Source: an uncultured bacterium
Lineage (GTDB): Bacteria > Patescibacteriota > Minisyncoccia > Phycocordibacterales > GCA-2401445
Length of the DNA stretch: 64,000 nucleotides
Assembly (NCBI GenBank): GCA_937952265.1
Contig: CALFYW010000016.1
Location: 206,661-270,660 of the forward strand
Reading direction: 5' to 3'
The notes beneath the pieces were generated by a model that had not been told where the DNA came from, ran no database searches, and was given only the letters and a program-made list of their open reading frames with translations. This document shows, piece by piece, positions 56,969 to 64,000 of the stretch (the first letter of the stretch is position 1; each line of letters starts with the position of its first letter). Position numbers and translations under genes: made by a program.

Positions 56969-58525
56969 ATGGTTACTGAAGCACTTTTAAGTTATATTCG
57001 GGCGCAGCGAAAAAGCGGCGTTTCAAAAGAGGAAACAGAAAGAGTTTTGCTTGCTAATGGATGGGAGCGTTCGGATTTATTGCAAGCCTATCGTGTGCTG
57101 GGTGAGGTGCCGGTTGCACCTCAGAAAATGAATCAGGTGAAAGAAAGTGCTCCCGTAGAAGAAAAAGTTGTGGAGGCGAAGGCGGTAGAGAAAAGCGGTT
57201 CGACTTCTTCCGAGCCTACACAGCCAGAAAATTCAGGAGGAGTGAAAGGCGCTATTGAAATTGAGCGGGCCGCGCTCAATAAGCCGATCGCGCAAGTTAA
57301 GAAACAAGAACAGACCTCTCCGCTTCAGGTGCACATTTATCCTGAAGCAAGAAAACATTCATCCAGTAAATTACTCCTCACACTTACCATCGCTTTCTTA
57401 GTGCTCATGTTTGGCGGAGGGGGTGCCTATGCGTATTTTTACTACATCGCTCCTTCGCCACAACGAGTCATTCAAAGCGCGATTCAAAATATGATTTCGC
57501 TCGATACGATTGCCTATCAAAGTAGTTTTCAGTATGAGTCTTCTTCTACACAAATCTGGCCTTCATATGACGATCCTGATAGTTCAATATTGTATGAAAG
57601 TGAACATGTAGGATCACTCGGAATTTCCGGAAAGAATGATTTTACCAATGTTGATGCGTTAAGTGGTTCACAAAAGTTCTCATTTGAGTTGGAGGGCAAA
57701 ACCAAGATTCAAAGTAGTGGGGTAGGAGATGATTTTGATAATGAAGAAGATGAGCACTCTCTTGAACTTGAAGGGGAATGGCGTTTTGTCGACAATACGC
57801 TTTACGTGGTATTAACCAAAATACCAGAGCTTTTTCTTTTATCTCCGGAGATGATTGATTATCTTGAGGGAATGTGGGTTTCTTTTTCTACTCAAGGTAT
57901 TGAAGAAGTTGCGGAAACACAAGGCGTTGATCTTGAGGTTCTCGAGAATGGGTCCATGCTTACAGATGAAGAACGTGCCTTACTGCGTCGTGAATTTTTT
58001 GAAAATAGTGCCCGAATATTTGAAATTACTGAGGTCATGCCGCGCGAGAAGATCGGAGAAACTTCAATGTATCATTATCGGTTCACGCTAAGTAGGGAAG
58101 GGATCAAGGAATATTTTGCTACCCTCGAAAAAATAGCGCTTTTTAGTGAGGAGGAAAGTTATGAGGTAGAGGAATTAAAAAAACAGGCTGAAGAGAGTTA
58201 TCTCTTGATTGATAAGATGCAGGAGATGCCAACCGGTGAGCTCTGGATTGGGCAGTCTGATCGGATGCTCCACCAATTCTCCCTCAATCTTTCAACAGAT
58301 ATGCTTCCCCTTGAGGTACTGGGAAATACTGATGATTCGCAAACTCATGGATCACTCAATATTGAAGTAAAATTTTTTGATTTTAATAAACCGGTGGTGG
58401 TGCCTATCCCACCTGACGCAAAGAGCTTTGAGGAAGTTCTCGAAGGGATTTTCTCTGATGAGTTACGTACTGAAAAAAATTTCATTTTTCCTGATTCTCC
58501 CCCTGAAGAATCGTGGTTTGAATAG
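56969..58525 (+). CDS. hypothetical membrane-anchored extracytoplasmic protein
   Basis: 518 aa. Soluble N-terminal ~130 aa, one TM (LLLTLTIAFLVLMFGGGGAYAYFYYI), and a large acidic C-terminal domain. Confidence 0.4.
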   Translation: MVTEALLSYIRAQRKSGVSKEETERVLLANGWERSDLLQAYRVLGEVPVAPQKMNQVKESAPVEEKVVEAKAVEKSGSTSSEPTQPENSGGVKGAIEIERAALNKPIAQVKKQEQTSPLQVHIYPEARKHSSSKLLLTLTIAFLVLMFGGGGAYAYFYYIAPSPQRVIQSAIQNMISLDTIAYQSSFQYESSSTQIWPSYDDPDSSILYESEHVGSLGISGKNDFTNVDALSGSQKFSFELEGKTKIQSSGVGDDFDNEEDEHSLELEGEWRFVDNTLYVVLTKIPELFLLSPEMIDYLEGMWVSFSTQGIEEVAETQGVDLEVLENGSMLTDEERALLRREFFENSARIFEITEVMPREKIGETSMYHYRFTLSREGIKEYFATLEKIALFSEEESYEVEELKKQAEESYLLIDKMQEMPTGELWIGQSDRMLHQFSLNLSTDMLPLEVLGNTDDSQTHGSLNIEVKFFDFNKPVVVPIPPDAKSFEEVLEGIFSDELRTEKNFIFPDSPPEESWFE

Positions 58526-58564
58526 TGCTTGCATTCTTGGAGGGGCGCCGGCTATACTCTCGGT

Positions 58565-59131
58565 ATGCTCTATACCAAAAAAGGAGATGGCGGAACCACA
58601 AAGACGTTTGGCCCGGGCAAACCCCGCATTTCAAAAAATTCGCAAACCGCGCACGCGCTCGGCTCCCTCGATGAACTCAATGCTTTTTTAGGACTGGTTA
58701 AAATTCGCGCGGGAAGTGATGGATATCAAAGTATACGCGTTGGAAAGAATTTGTTTTTGAAAGACATTGTGTTTCAGATACAGCAGAGTCTTTTTATTGT
58801 TCAAGCAGAGCTTGCGGGAGCAGAGAAAACAATTACTGAAAAAAAGGTGAGGAATATGGAACAGCTTATTGATGTTATTGAAGCATCAATGCCACCAATT
58901 AAAACTTTTTTTATTTCAGGAGGTACCGAGCTTTCAGTGTTGTGTGATATCGCTCGAACCATGGCTCGCCGTGCTGAACGCGAAATAACGGGAGCAATTG
59001 ATTTGGGAGAGGTTACCGTCGGAGTACACACGCAGGCATACGTAAATCGGCTTTCCTCGCTGTTGTATGCGTTTACTCGACTCGTGAACCATGAATCTGG
59101 TATAACAGAAGAGCCGCCCACGTATGTATAA
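58565..59131 (+). CDS. PduO-type ATP:cob(I)alamin adenosyltransferase family protein
   Basis: Start chosen at MLYTKKGDGGTTKTFG, the family-typical N-terminus. Conserved ...SLDELNAFLGL... and ...ISGGTELS.... Confidence 0.7.
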   Translation: MLYTKKGDGGTTKTFGPGKPRISKNSQTAHALGSLDELNAFLGLVKIRAGSDGYQSIRVGKNLFLKDIVFQIQQSLFIVQAELAGAEKTITEKKVRNMEQLIDVIEASMPPIKTFFISGGTELSVLCDIARTMARRAEREITGAIDLGEVTVGVHTQAYVNRLSSLLYAFTRLVNHESGITEEPPTYV

Positions 59132-59148
59132 TGTGTGCACGGCAGGAT

Positions 59149-59221
59149 GGTGTCTATGGTGTAATGGTTAGCACTAGGGCCTGTGGAGCCCTCAGTTCCG
59201 GTTCGAATCCGGATAGACACC
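59149..59221 (+). tRNA. tRNA-His (anticodon GUG) with an encoded G(-1)
   Basis: Extra 5' G pairs with discriminator C73. Anticodon stem AGGGC/GCCCU with loop CUGUGGA. T-loop UUCGAAU. Confidence 0.8.
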
Positions 59222-59539
59222 CATTTTATTTCACTCAGTTGTTTTGTTTAGAAAGCTCTTTTACAATAAAGGTTGTGGTAAAGCGTATCCAATTTGATAA
59301 TGAGGCGGAAGCAGATCTCGGTATTGATGCTCCTTTTGAGATTTCTCGAGGAAGGAGGTTCTCTCGCTGGGTGAGCGAGAAGCTTAATTATCGAATAAGA
59401 GAAGATGAGGTGATGCAATGGATTGCTGGATCAGCCCTTTTTATCACCTCGGTTGCGTTACTCGCGGTATTTTTTTCTCCACGTGTCGGAATCAGCGAAG
59501 AGAGCTCGCGCCAAATTGAACATCTTGAGTCACAAATAC

Positions 59540-60127
59540 ATGTTGAAACATTCCGTTTTTAAATTTTCGTCAAAAGGTTTTACGCTCCTTGAATTATTGG
59601 TTGTCGTTGCAATCATTAGTATTCTTGTTTCAGTGGTGATTACCAGTATTTCATCTGCGCGTATTAGGGCACAGGAAGTGCCACGCGTTGCGGCGCTACG
59701 CGCTATTGCCTACGCGTTAGAATTATATGAGCTTGACCATGAAGAATATCCACATGCTCCTGATATAGCGTCAGAGAGCGATATTATTGTCTCTGGAACA
59801 CTCGATTGGACGGAGGGTCTCTCGGGTGTATTGGATCCTTATTTTGATACTGAATTTCCTAATGCGGTGTATGTGCCGGAAAGTGGACGGTGGGCTCACT
59901 TGAATTTATACCGATACACCGGTTCAAACGGTTCACGGTTCATAGCAATAAGTCTTCCGGGAGCATGTATCCAAATCTTTAATGGCTATTATCTCTGGAC
60001 ACTTCCGCTCATTTATCCCAATTATTTTTCCATGAATGATAATGGGGTAAGCCCGTACCTTTTTGAAATTATTGGTGGGGATTATCGTATCGTAAATCCT
60101 TCCGACTGTGGAAATTTTGATAGATAA
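59540..60127 (+). CDS. type IV pilin-like protein (prepilin-type N-terminus)
   Basis: Start at the ATG at 59540: MLKHSVFKFSSKGFTLLELLVVVAIISILVSVVI.... The tracked ORF start at 59423 lies upstream of this. Confidence 0.75.
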   Translation: MLKHSVFKFSSKGFTLLELLVVVAIISILVSVVITSISSARIRAQEVPRVAALRAIAYALELYELDHEEYPHAPDIASESDIIVSGTLDWTEGLSGVLDPYFDTEFPNAVYVPESGRWAHLNLYRYTGSNGSRFIAISLPGACIQIFNGYYLWTLPLIYPNYFSMNDNGVSPYLFEIIGGDYRIVNPSDCGNFDR

Positions 60128-60148
60128 GGGATCATTATTTTGCATTTT

Positions 60149-60220
60149 GCCCACATAGCTCAATGGATAGAGCGTAGCCCTCCGGAGGCTGAAATCGAGG
60201 TTCGAGTCCTCGTGTGGGCA
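60149..60220 (+). tRNA. tRNA-Arg (anticodon CCG)
   Basis: Acceptor GCCCACA/UGUGGGC, anticodon loop CUCCGGA, T-stem CGAGG/CCUCG with loop UUCGAGU. Confidence 0.7.
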
Positions 60221-60234
60221 CTGCACACTTTATC

Positions 60235-60996
60235 TTATGCGTGTTCGTGGCCAATTGTTACAAGGATCAGGCTGATAAGGATTGCCCCAAATAGAATCAT
60301 AAGAAAATGAATAAGGAATTCCTTGCTTGTGCCACGCCCCATTTTATTTCCGATGATATTTGGAAGCAGGTCAGATGACGCAAGATAGAGGAGGTTTCCA
60401 GCGGCAATGCCGATTAGAGGCGCCATAAAAAATTCACTTATTTGAATCGAGACGTAGCCAATAAGCGCGCCAATGATGATAGTTCCTGATATAAAGAAGT
60501 TAAATAGTAAAGCGCGTATTTTTGAATATCCAGCATGCGTGAGTACAAAAAACTCTGCAATTTCTTGAGGTAGCTCGTGCGCAGCGATACCGATTGCGGT
60601 TGCGATACCAAGTGTGGTATCGACGGCAAATGCGGTGGCAATAACGATACCATCAATAATGTTGTGTACCGCATCACCTAAAAGCACCATACTGCCCGCA
60701 TGGGAGTGTTCGTGGCTACACAAGTGGTCATGGTGATGATGATAAAGAGATGCGGTATGTGAAAAGAGAAGGAATATAAAGAAACCTCCTAAAATAAAAA
60801 TAGGAGCGTGTTCAGGATTGAGCTCAAATGCTTCTGGCACCAGATCAAAAAAGACAACCGCGAGAAAAGCGCCGATCGAGATACTCACCAAGTAGCTTAT
60901 TTTCTGTTGAATTTTCTCAAATCGGGAGAAAAAAATAACTCCCGTCAGAGAAAGTATCATAATCAAAAAGGTAGTAAGAAGTAGTTGCCACAACAT
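60235..60996 (-). CDS. ZIP-family (ZupT-like) divalent metal transporter
   Basis: Multi-TM. His-rich loop HHHHDHLCSHEHSH. Conserved HELPQEIAEF motif. Confidence 0.8.
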   Translation of the reverse strand: MLWQLLLTTFLIMILSLTGVIFFSRFEKIQQKISYLVSISIGAFLAVVFFDLVPEAFELNPEHAPIFILGGFFIFLLFSHTASLYHHHHDHLCSHEHSHAGSMVLLGDAVHNIIDGIVIATAFAVDTTLGIATAIGIAAHELPQEIAEFFVLTHAGYSKIRALLFNFFISGTIIIGALIGYVSIQISEFFMAPLIGIAAGNLLYLASSDLLPNIIGNKMGRGTSKEFLIHFLMILFGAILISLILVTIGHEHA

Positions 60997-61063
60997 AGCG
61001 CGCTGTCATCTTACCATATCATGGGAATAGTTTGCTATACTAAGTACAGTATTTTAAATAACC

Positions 61064-61414
61064 ATGTATTCACCTGAAATTATTTTTCTTGCGGGACTTC
61101 TAAGTATTTTTTCTTCGCCGGGGATCACTATTTTAATAATCGGATTCCTTTTGGCTGTGGTAGGAATGTATACGAAAAATAGAATTTTTTCTTTATGTTT
61201 TATCTTTTTCTGCTTCTTTTTATTTGCGAGTAATTTAAGTGACGCTGCGTTTATCGTGTTTCCGGAAACCGAAATATCTCTCTTTCTTCAGGATATGGGG
61301 AGTCGCGTAGAGCTTCTGTTGCATAACGCAGGTTTAATAGCGATTCCACTACTTCTTGGATTTTTGGGATTACGGTTTTCAACTCGCAAAATTGGACATC
61401 CGGATATTATTTAA
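61064..61414 (+). CDS. hypothetical small membrane protein
   Basis: 116 aa, 3-4 TM helices. Confidence 0.3.
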   Translation: MYSPEIIFLAGLLSIFSSPGITILIIGFLLAVVGMYTKNRIFSLCFIFFCFFLFASNLSDAAFIVFPETEISLFLQDMGSRVELLLHNAGLIAIPLLLGFLGLRFSTRKIGHPDII

Positions 61415-61438
61415 CCCTCGGTAATCCCCAGGTGATTT

Positions 61439-62458
61439 TTGAAAAAATGTTACACTGTAGGTTGTATGGAGATTTTTTTTAAAGGGCTGGTACTTCTCCT
61501 AGGTATTAGCGGGTTGCTTTTGTCACGGTACATTTTTCAAAAGAAAAGAGCGGGCAGTAAAATGGTGTGCCCCCTTGATTCTGATTGCGAAACTGTCGTA
61601 CACAGCGAATATTCAAAACTGCTCGGAGTCCCGCTTGAGGTTATCGGGATGGTCTACTACAGTTTTATTTCAATAAGCTACGTGGTATTTTTGTTTTCGC
61701 CGGAATCAGCAACAGAATTGTGGGTCTTCTCGGCTATTGCCATTACCACCACCGCGCTACTTTTTTCTTGTTATCTGGTAGGAGTGCAGGCATTTGCTAT
61801 TAAAGAGTGGTGTACGTGGTGTTTAACCTCGGCGTTTTTCTGTTTACTCATTTTTATTTCAATGTTGCTTGGTCTTGATGGTGGCTTACGCGGTATCTTA
61901 TTAGAGAATAAATTTTTGATCGGGATCATCCACACTCTTTCACTTGCGGTAAGTGTTGGGGCAATTAGTATGAGCTCGTTTCTCTTTTTTACTTTCTTGA
62001 AAGACCTACGAATTGCCGATTGGGAATCGGAAACCATGCGGACAACAGTTCAATTTGTGTGGTTTAGTATTGCGGTTGTGATTATGAGCGGTATCGGGGT
62101 ATATCTTCCGCATTGGGGGATTTTTCTTGCACAGGGTAAGCTCCCGGTGCTCCTCATCGCGTTTGTGGTTTTACTCGCGAGCCTGATCTGCGTTGATTTT
62201 TTAATTACTCCAACTTTAACGAGGATTTCGTTAGGAGAAAACCACACACATCAAAAAGGAGAACTCCTCTTTCTTCGCCGAGGGGCTTTTGTAGCGAGCG
62301 CGGTAGCGTGTGTTTCTTTTTATTTTATTTTTTCCGTAACATTTCTTGGTGGTGTGCTCATTTCATTTTCAACCTTAGTGTTAGGATACCTCGTGCTCCT
62401 TTTGTGCGCGATTGCGGGAGCTCTTATTTTCGAGAGGATTTTTAATACCCGCTCATAG
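61439..62458 (+). CDS. VKOR (vitamin K epoxide reductase)-family disulfide-bond-forming membrane protein with an extra C-terminal membrane domain
   Basis: Loop cysteines (CPLDSDCE) and the active-site CxxC (WCTWC) in a TM helix, preceded by the SKLLGVPLEVIGMVYY pattern typical of VKOR. Confidence 0.6.
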   Translation: MKKCYTVGCMEIFFKGLVLLLGISGLLLSRYIFQKKRAGSKMVCPLDSDCETVVHSEYSKLLGVPLEVIGMVYYSFISISYVVFLFSPESATELWVFSAIAITTTALLFSCYLVGVQAFAIKEWCTWCLTSAFFCLLIFISMLLGLDGGLRGILLENKFLIGIIHTLSLAVSVGAISMSSFLFFTFLKDLRIADWESETMRTTVQFVWFSIAVVIMSGIGVYLPHWGIFLAQGKLPVLLIAFVVLLASLICVDFLITPTLTRISLGENHTHQKGELLFLRRGAFVASAVACVSFYFIFSVTFLGGVLISFSTLVLGYLVLLLCAIAGALIFERIFNTRS

Positions 62459-62527
62459 TAGAGGTGTTAGTTGACACAATATATTTTGTGGTATAATGGG
62501 TTCCTCATTATTATATTTTTGTAATTT

Positions 62528-63316
62528 ATGAACCACACATTGTTTGATCGATTAGTCGGGCCATCACGTTTATTGATTGCTGGTGCGGGGATCTTAATGG
62601 TTGTGCTTGCGGTAAATCATATTAAAGCGTTTCGTTATATTGGAAAAGATACTTCTTTTGCAAATACTATTTCGGTGAGCGGAGAAGGGGAGGCGATTGG
62701 TATTCCAGATATTGCCACATTCAGTTTCGGCGCGAGTGCGACTGACTTAGCGGTAAACAAGGCGCAAGAAAAAGTAACCACGACGATTGATAAGGCACTC
62801 GACTTTTTATCAGCGCAAGGCATTGAAGATCGCGATATTAAAACCACCAATTATTCTATCTACCCTCGATATGAATATACCCAGAGTCTCTGTGTTCAGG
62901 GGAATTGTCCTCCTTCTGGAAGGCGAACCCTTGCCGGGTATGAGGTTACCCAAACAATTGGGGTAAAGGTTCGGGACACTCAGAAAGTAGGTGCGCTTCT
63001 TGGTGGTCTGGGAGAACTCGGCGTTTCAAACGTGAGCGGTGTTTCCTTTAGTATTGATGATGAAGATGTGCTTATTCGAGAAGCGCGCAAGGAAGCAATT
63101 CAAGATGCACGTGAGAAAGCAGAAGCGCTTGCTCGAGATTTAGGGGTTCGTTTGGGTTCAGTGGTTAGTTTTTCTGAAGGGGGAGGAATTCCATATTATG
63201 CAAAGGCAGAAAGTTTTGATAGCGCTATGGGGAATGCTTCACCTGCGGCGCCCTCAGTTCCCGCAGGCGAGAGCACGATTACCTCATACGTGAACATTAC
63301 CTACGAAATCCGTTAG
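62528..63316 (+). CDS. SIMPL/DUF541-domain periplasmic protein
   Basis: ISVSGEGEAIGIPDIATFSFGAS... and the C-terminal ...ESTITSYVNITYEI match the family. Confidence 0.7.
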   Translation: MNHTLFDRLVGPSRLLIAGAGILMVVLAVNHIKAFRYIGKDTSFANTISVSGEGEAIGIPDIATFSFGASATDLAVNKAQEKVTTTIDKALDFLSAQGIEDRDIKTTNYSIYPRYEYTQSLCVQGNCPPSGRRTLAGYEVTQTIGVKVRDTQKVGALLGGLGELGVSNVSGVSFSIDDEDVLIREARKEAIQDAREKAEALARDLGVRLGSVVSFSEGGGIPYYAKAESFDSAMGNASPAAPSVPAGESTITSYVNITYEIR

Positions 63317-63408
63317 GGTATTGTATGAGTAGTATGTCTCAATTACTTGACTTTTAACGGAGTTTTAGTAGTATAAAAACATGCCCGAGAGGGCTGTTTT
63401 TAATAACC

Positions 63409-63588
63409 ATGAAATTAATAGAATATTTTAAAGATGTGCGGGGTGAATTACGGCATGTCTCATGGCCAACTCGACGACAAGCAATGGTTTTTACCCTTGC
63501 GGTGATTGTGGTGTCAGTACTGGTTTCGCTCTTTTTAGGTTTCTTTGATTTCATTTTTACCTATTTGCTCGAAACATTTATTCTCTAG
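63409..63588 (+). CDS. secE: preprotein translocase subunit SecE
   Basis: 59 aa: MKLIEYFKDVRGELRHVSWPTRRQAMVFTLAVIVVSVLVSLFLGFFDFIF.... Not in the ORF track, presumably because it falls below the length cutoff. Directly upstream of nusG. Confidence 0.75.
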   Translation: MKLIEYFKDVRGELRHVSWPTRRQAMVFTLAVIVVSVLVSLFLGFFDFIFTYLLETFIL

Positions 63589-63594
63589 TTTGTT

Positions 63595-64000
63595 ATGAGT
63601 AAACAACATACTGATCAAGAACGACATTGGTATGCGATTCATACGTATGCCGGATACGAAAATGCAGTAGTGCGTAATTTAAAACAACGCATTGAGTCAT
63701 TAGGTATGGAGGATAAAATTTTTAATGTTTTAGTTCCTACTGAGAAAAAGATTAAGATAAAGAGCGGAAAACGTGTCGAAGAAGAAGAAAAGATTTACCC
63801 GGGGTATGTATTGGTTGATATGATTGTTACTGATGATTCATGGTATGTAGTGCGCAATACGCCTCGAGTTACGGGGTTTGTAGGTTCTGGGGTGCATCCA
63901 GTACCGCTTGATCAAGGAGAAATCGATGCGTTATTTGGACGAATGAATACTGATACCGTAAAACATAATATCGATCTTGATGTCAATGATGCGGTAACCA
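63595..64000 (+). CDS. nusG: transcription termination/antitermination factor NusG (3'-truncated by the window edge)
   Basis: MSKQHTDQERHWYAIHTYAGYENAVVRNLKQRIE...: NGN domain. Canonical secE-nusG order. Confidence 0.85.
   Translation, partial: MSKQHTDQERHWYAIHTYAGYENAVVRNLKQRIESLGMEDKIFNVLVPTEKKIKIKSGKRVEEEEKIYPGYVLVDMIVTDDSWYVVRNTPRVTGFVGSGVHPVPLDQGEIDALFGRMNTDTVKHNIDLDVNDAVT

Noticed and set aside
59131-59562. 143-aa ORF
   Set aside because: It starts inside the cobalamin adenosyltransferase gene's stop region and runs straight through tRNA-His. The real gene in this stretch is the pilin starting at 59540 in another frame.
63354-63554. 66-aa minus-strand ORF
   Set aside because: Antisense to secE, which has a canonical sequence and canonical position before nusG.
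1-64000. CRISPR arrays, IS elements, integrases, rRNA genes
   Set aside because: No direct-repeat/spacer periodicity anywhere. No transposase-like or integrase-like ORFs. No rRNA-like sequence. The only repeats found are the DGR VR/TR pair and short palindromes.

Overview
This 64-kb window is compact and mostly protein-coding. Its low GC, small genome-style content and gene repertoire fit a reduced-genome bacterium; Candidate Phyla Radiation / Patescibacteria is an inference from that content, not a search result. The window spans the chromosomal replication origin: rpmH-rnpA-yidC-jag on the minus strand are divergent from dnaA-dnaN on the plus strand, with DnaA-box-like motifs in the AT-rich dnaA-dnaN spacer. 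Recognisable housekeeping genes include 5'-partial rpsO, pnp, comM/yifB, PBP1A, tyrS, ruvC-yebC-ruvB, ruvA, polA, tsaE, rpsT, thrS, rplS, an RluA-family pseudouridine synthase, secE, 3'-partial nusG and 8 tRNAs. Type IV pilus components are numerous: a PilB/GspE ATPase, PilM/N/O-like genes, and three prepilin-type pilins plus one pilin-like domain fused to a polytopic membrane protein. At 8.6-15 kb there is a Gram-positive-style conjugation/T4SS-like module: a PrgI-like protein, a VirB4-like ATPase split into two ORFs, and membrane and secreted proteins. The most striking element is a complete diversity-generating retroelement (DGR) at 43.1-45.7 kb. It comprises a target gene with a C-terminal variable repeat, a 112-nt template repeat whose differences from the variable repeat fall almost exclusively at template adenines, an Avd-like four-helix-bundle gene on the opposite strand, a reverse transcriptase with the DGR-type SQ motif, and a GC-rich hairpin with a GGAA loop just downstream of the variable repeat. 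Other points of interest: a NYN/LabA-like putative nuclease inserted between rpsO and pnp; a perfect sigma70-consensus promoter with an adjacent palindrome driving a low-complexity Gly/Tyr/His-rich membrane protein; an ~0.9-kb non-coding gap with GC-rich hairpins downstream of tRNA-Leu; a homopolymer frameshift splitting a membrane/pilin-like gene; an L,D-transpeptidase fused to a D,D-carboxypeptidase; and a tRNA-Arg whose anticodon I read as GCG.
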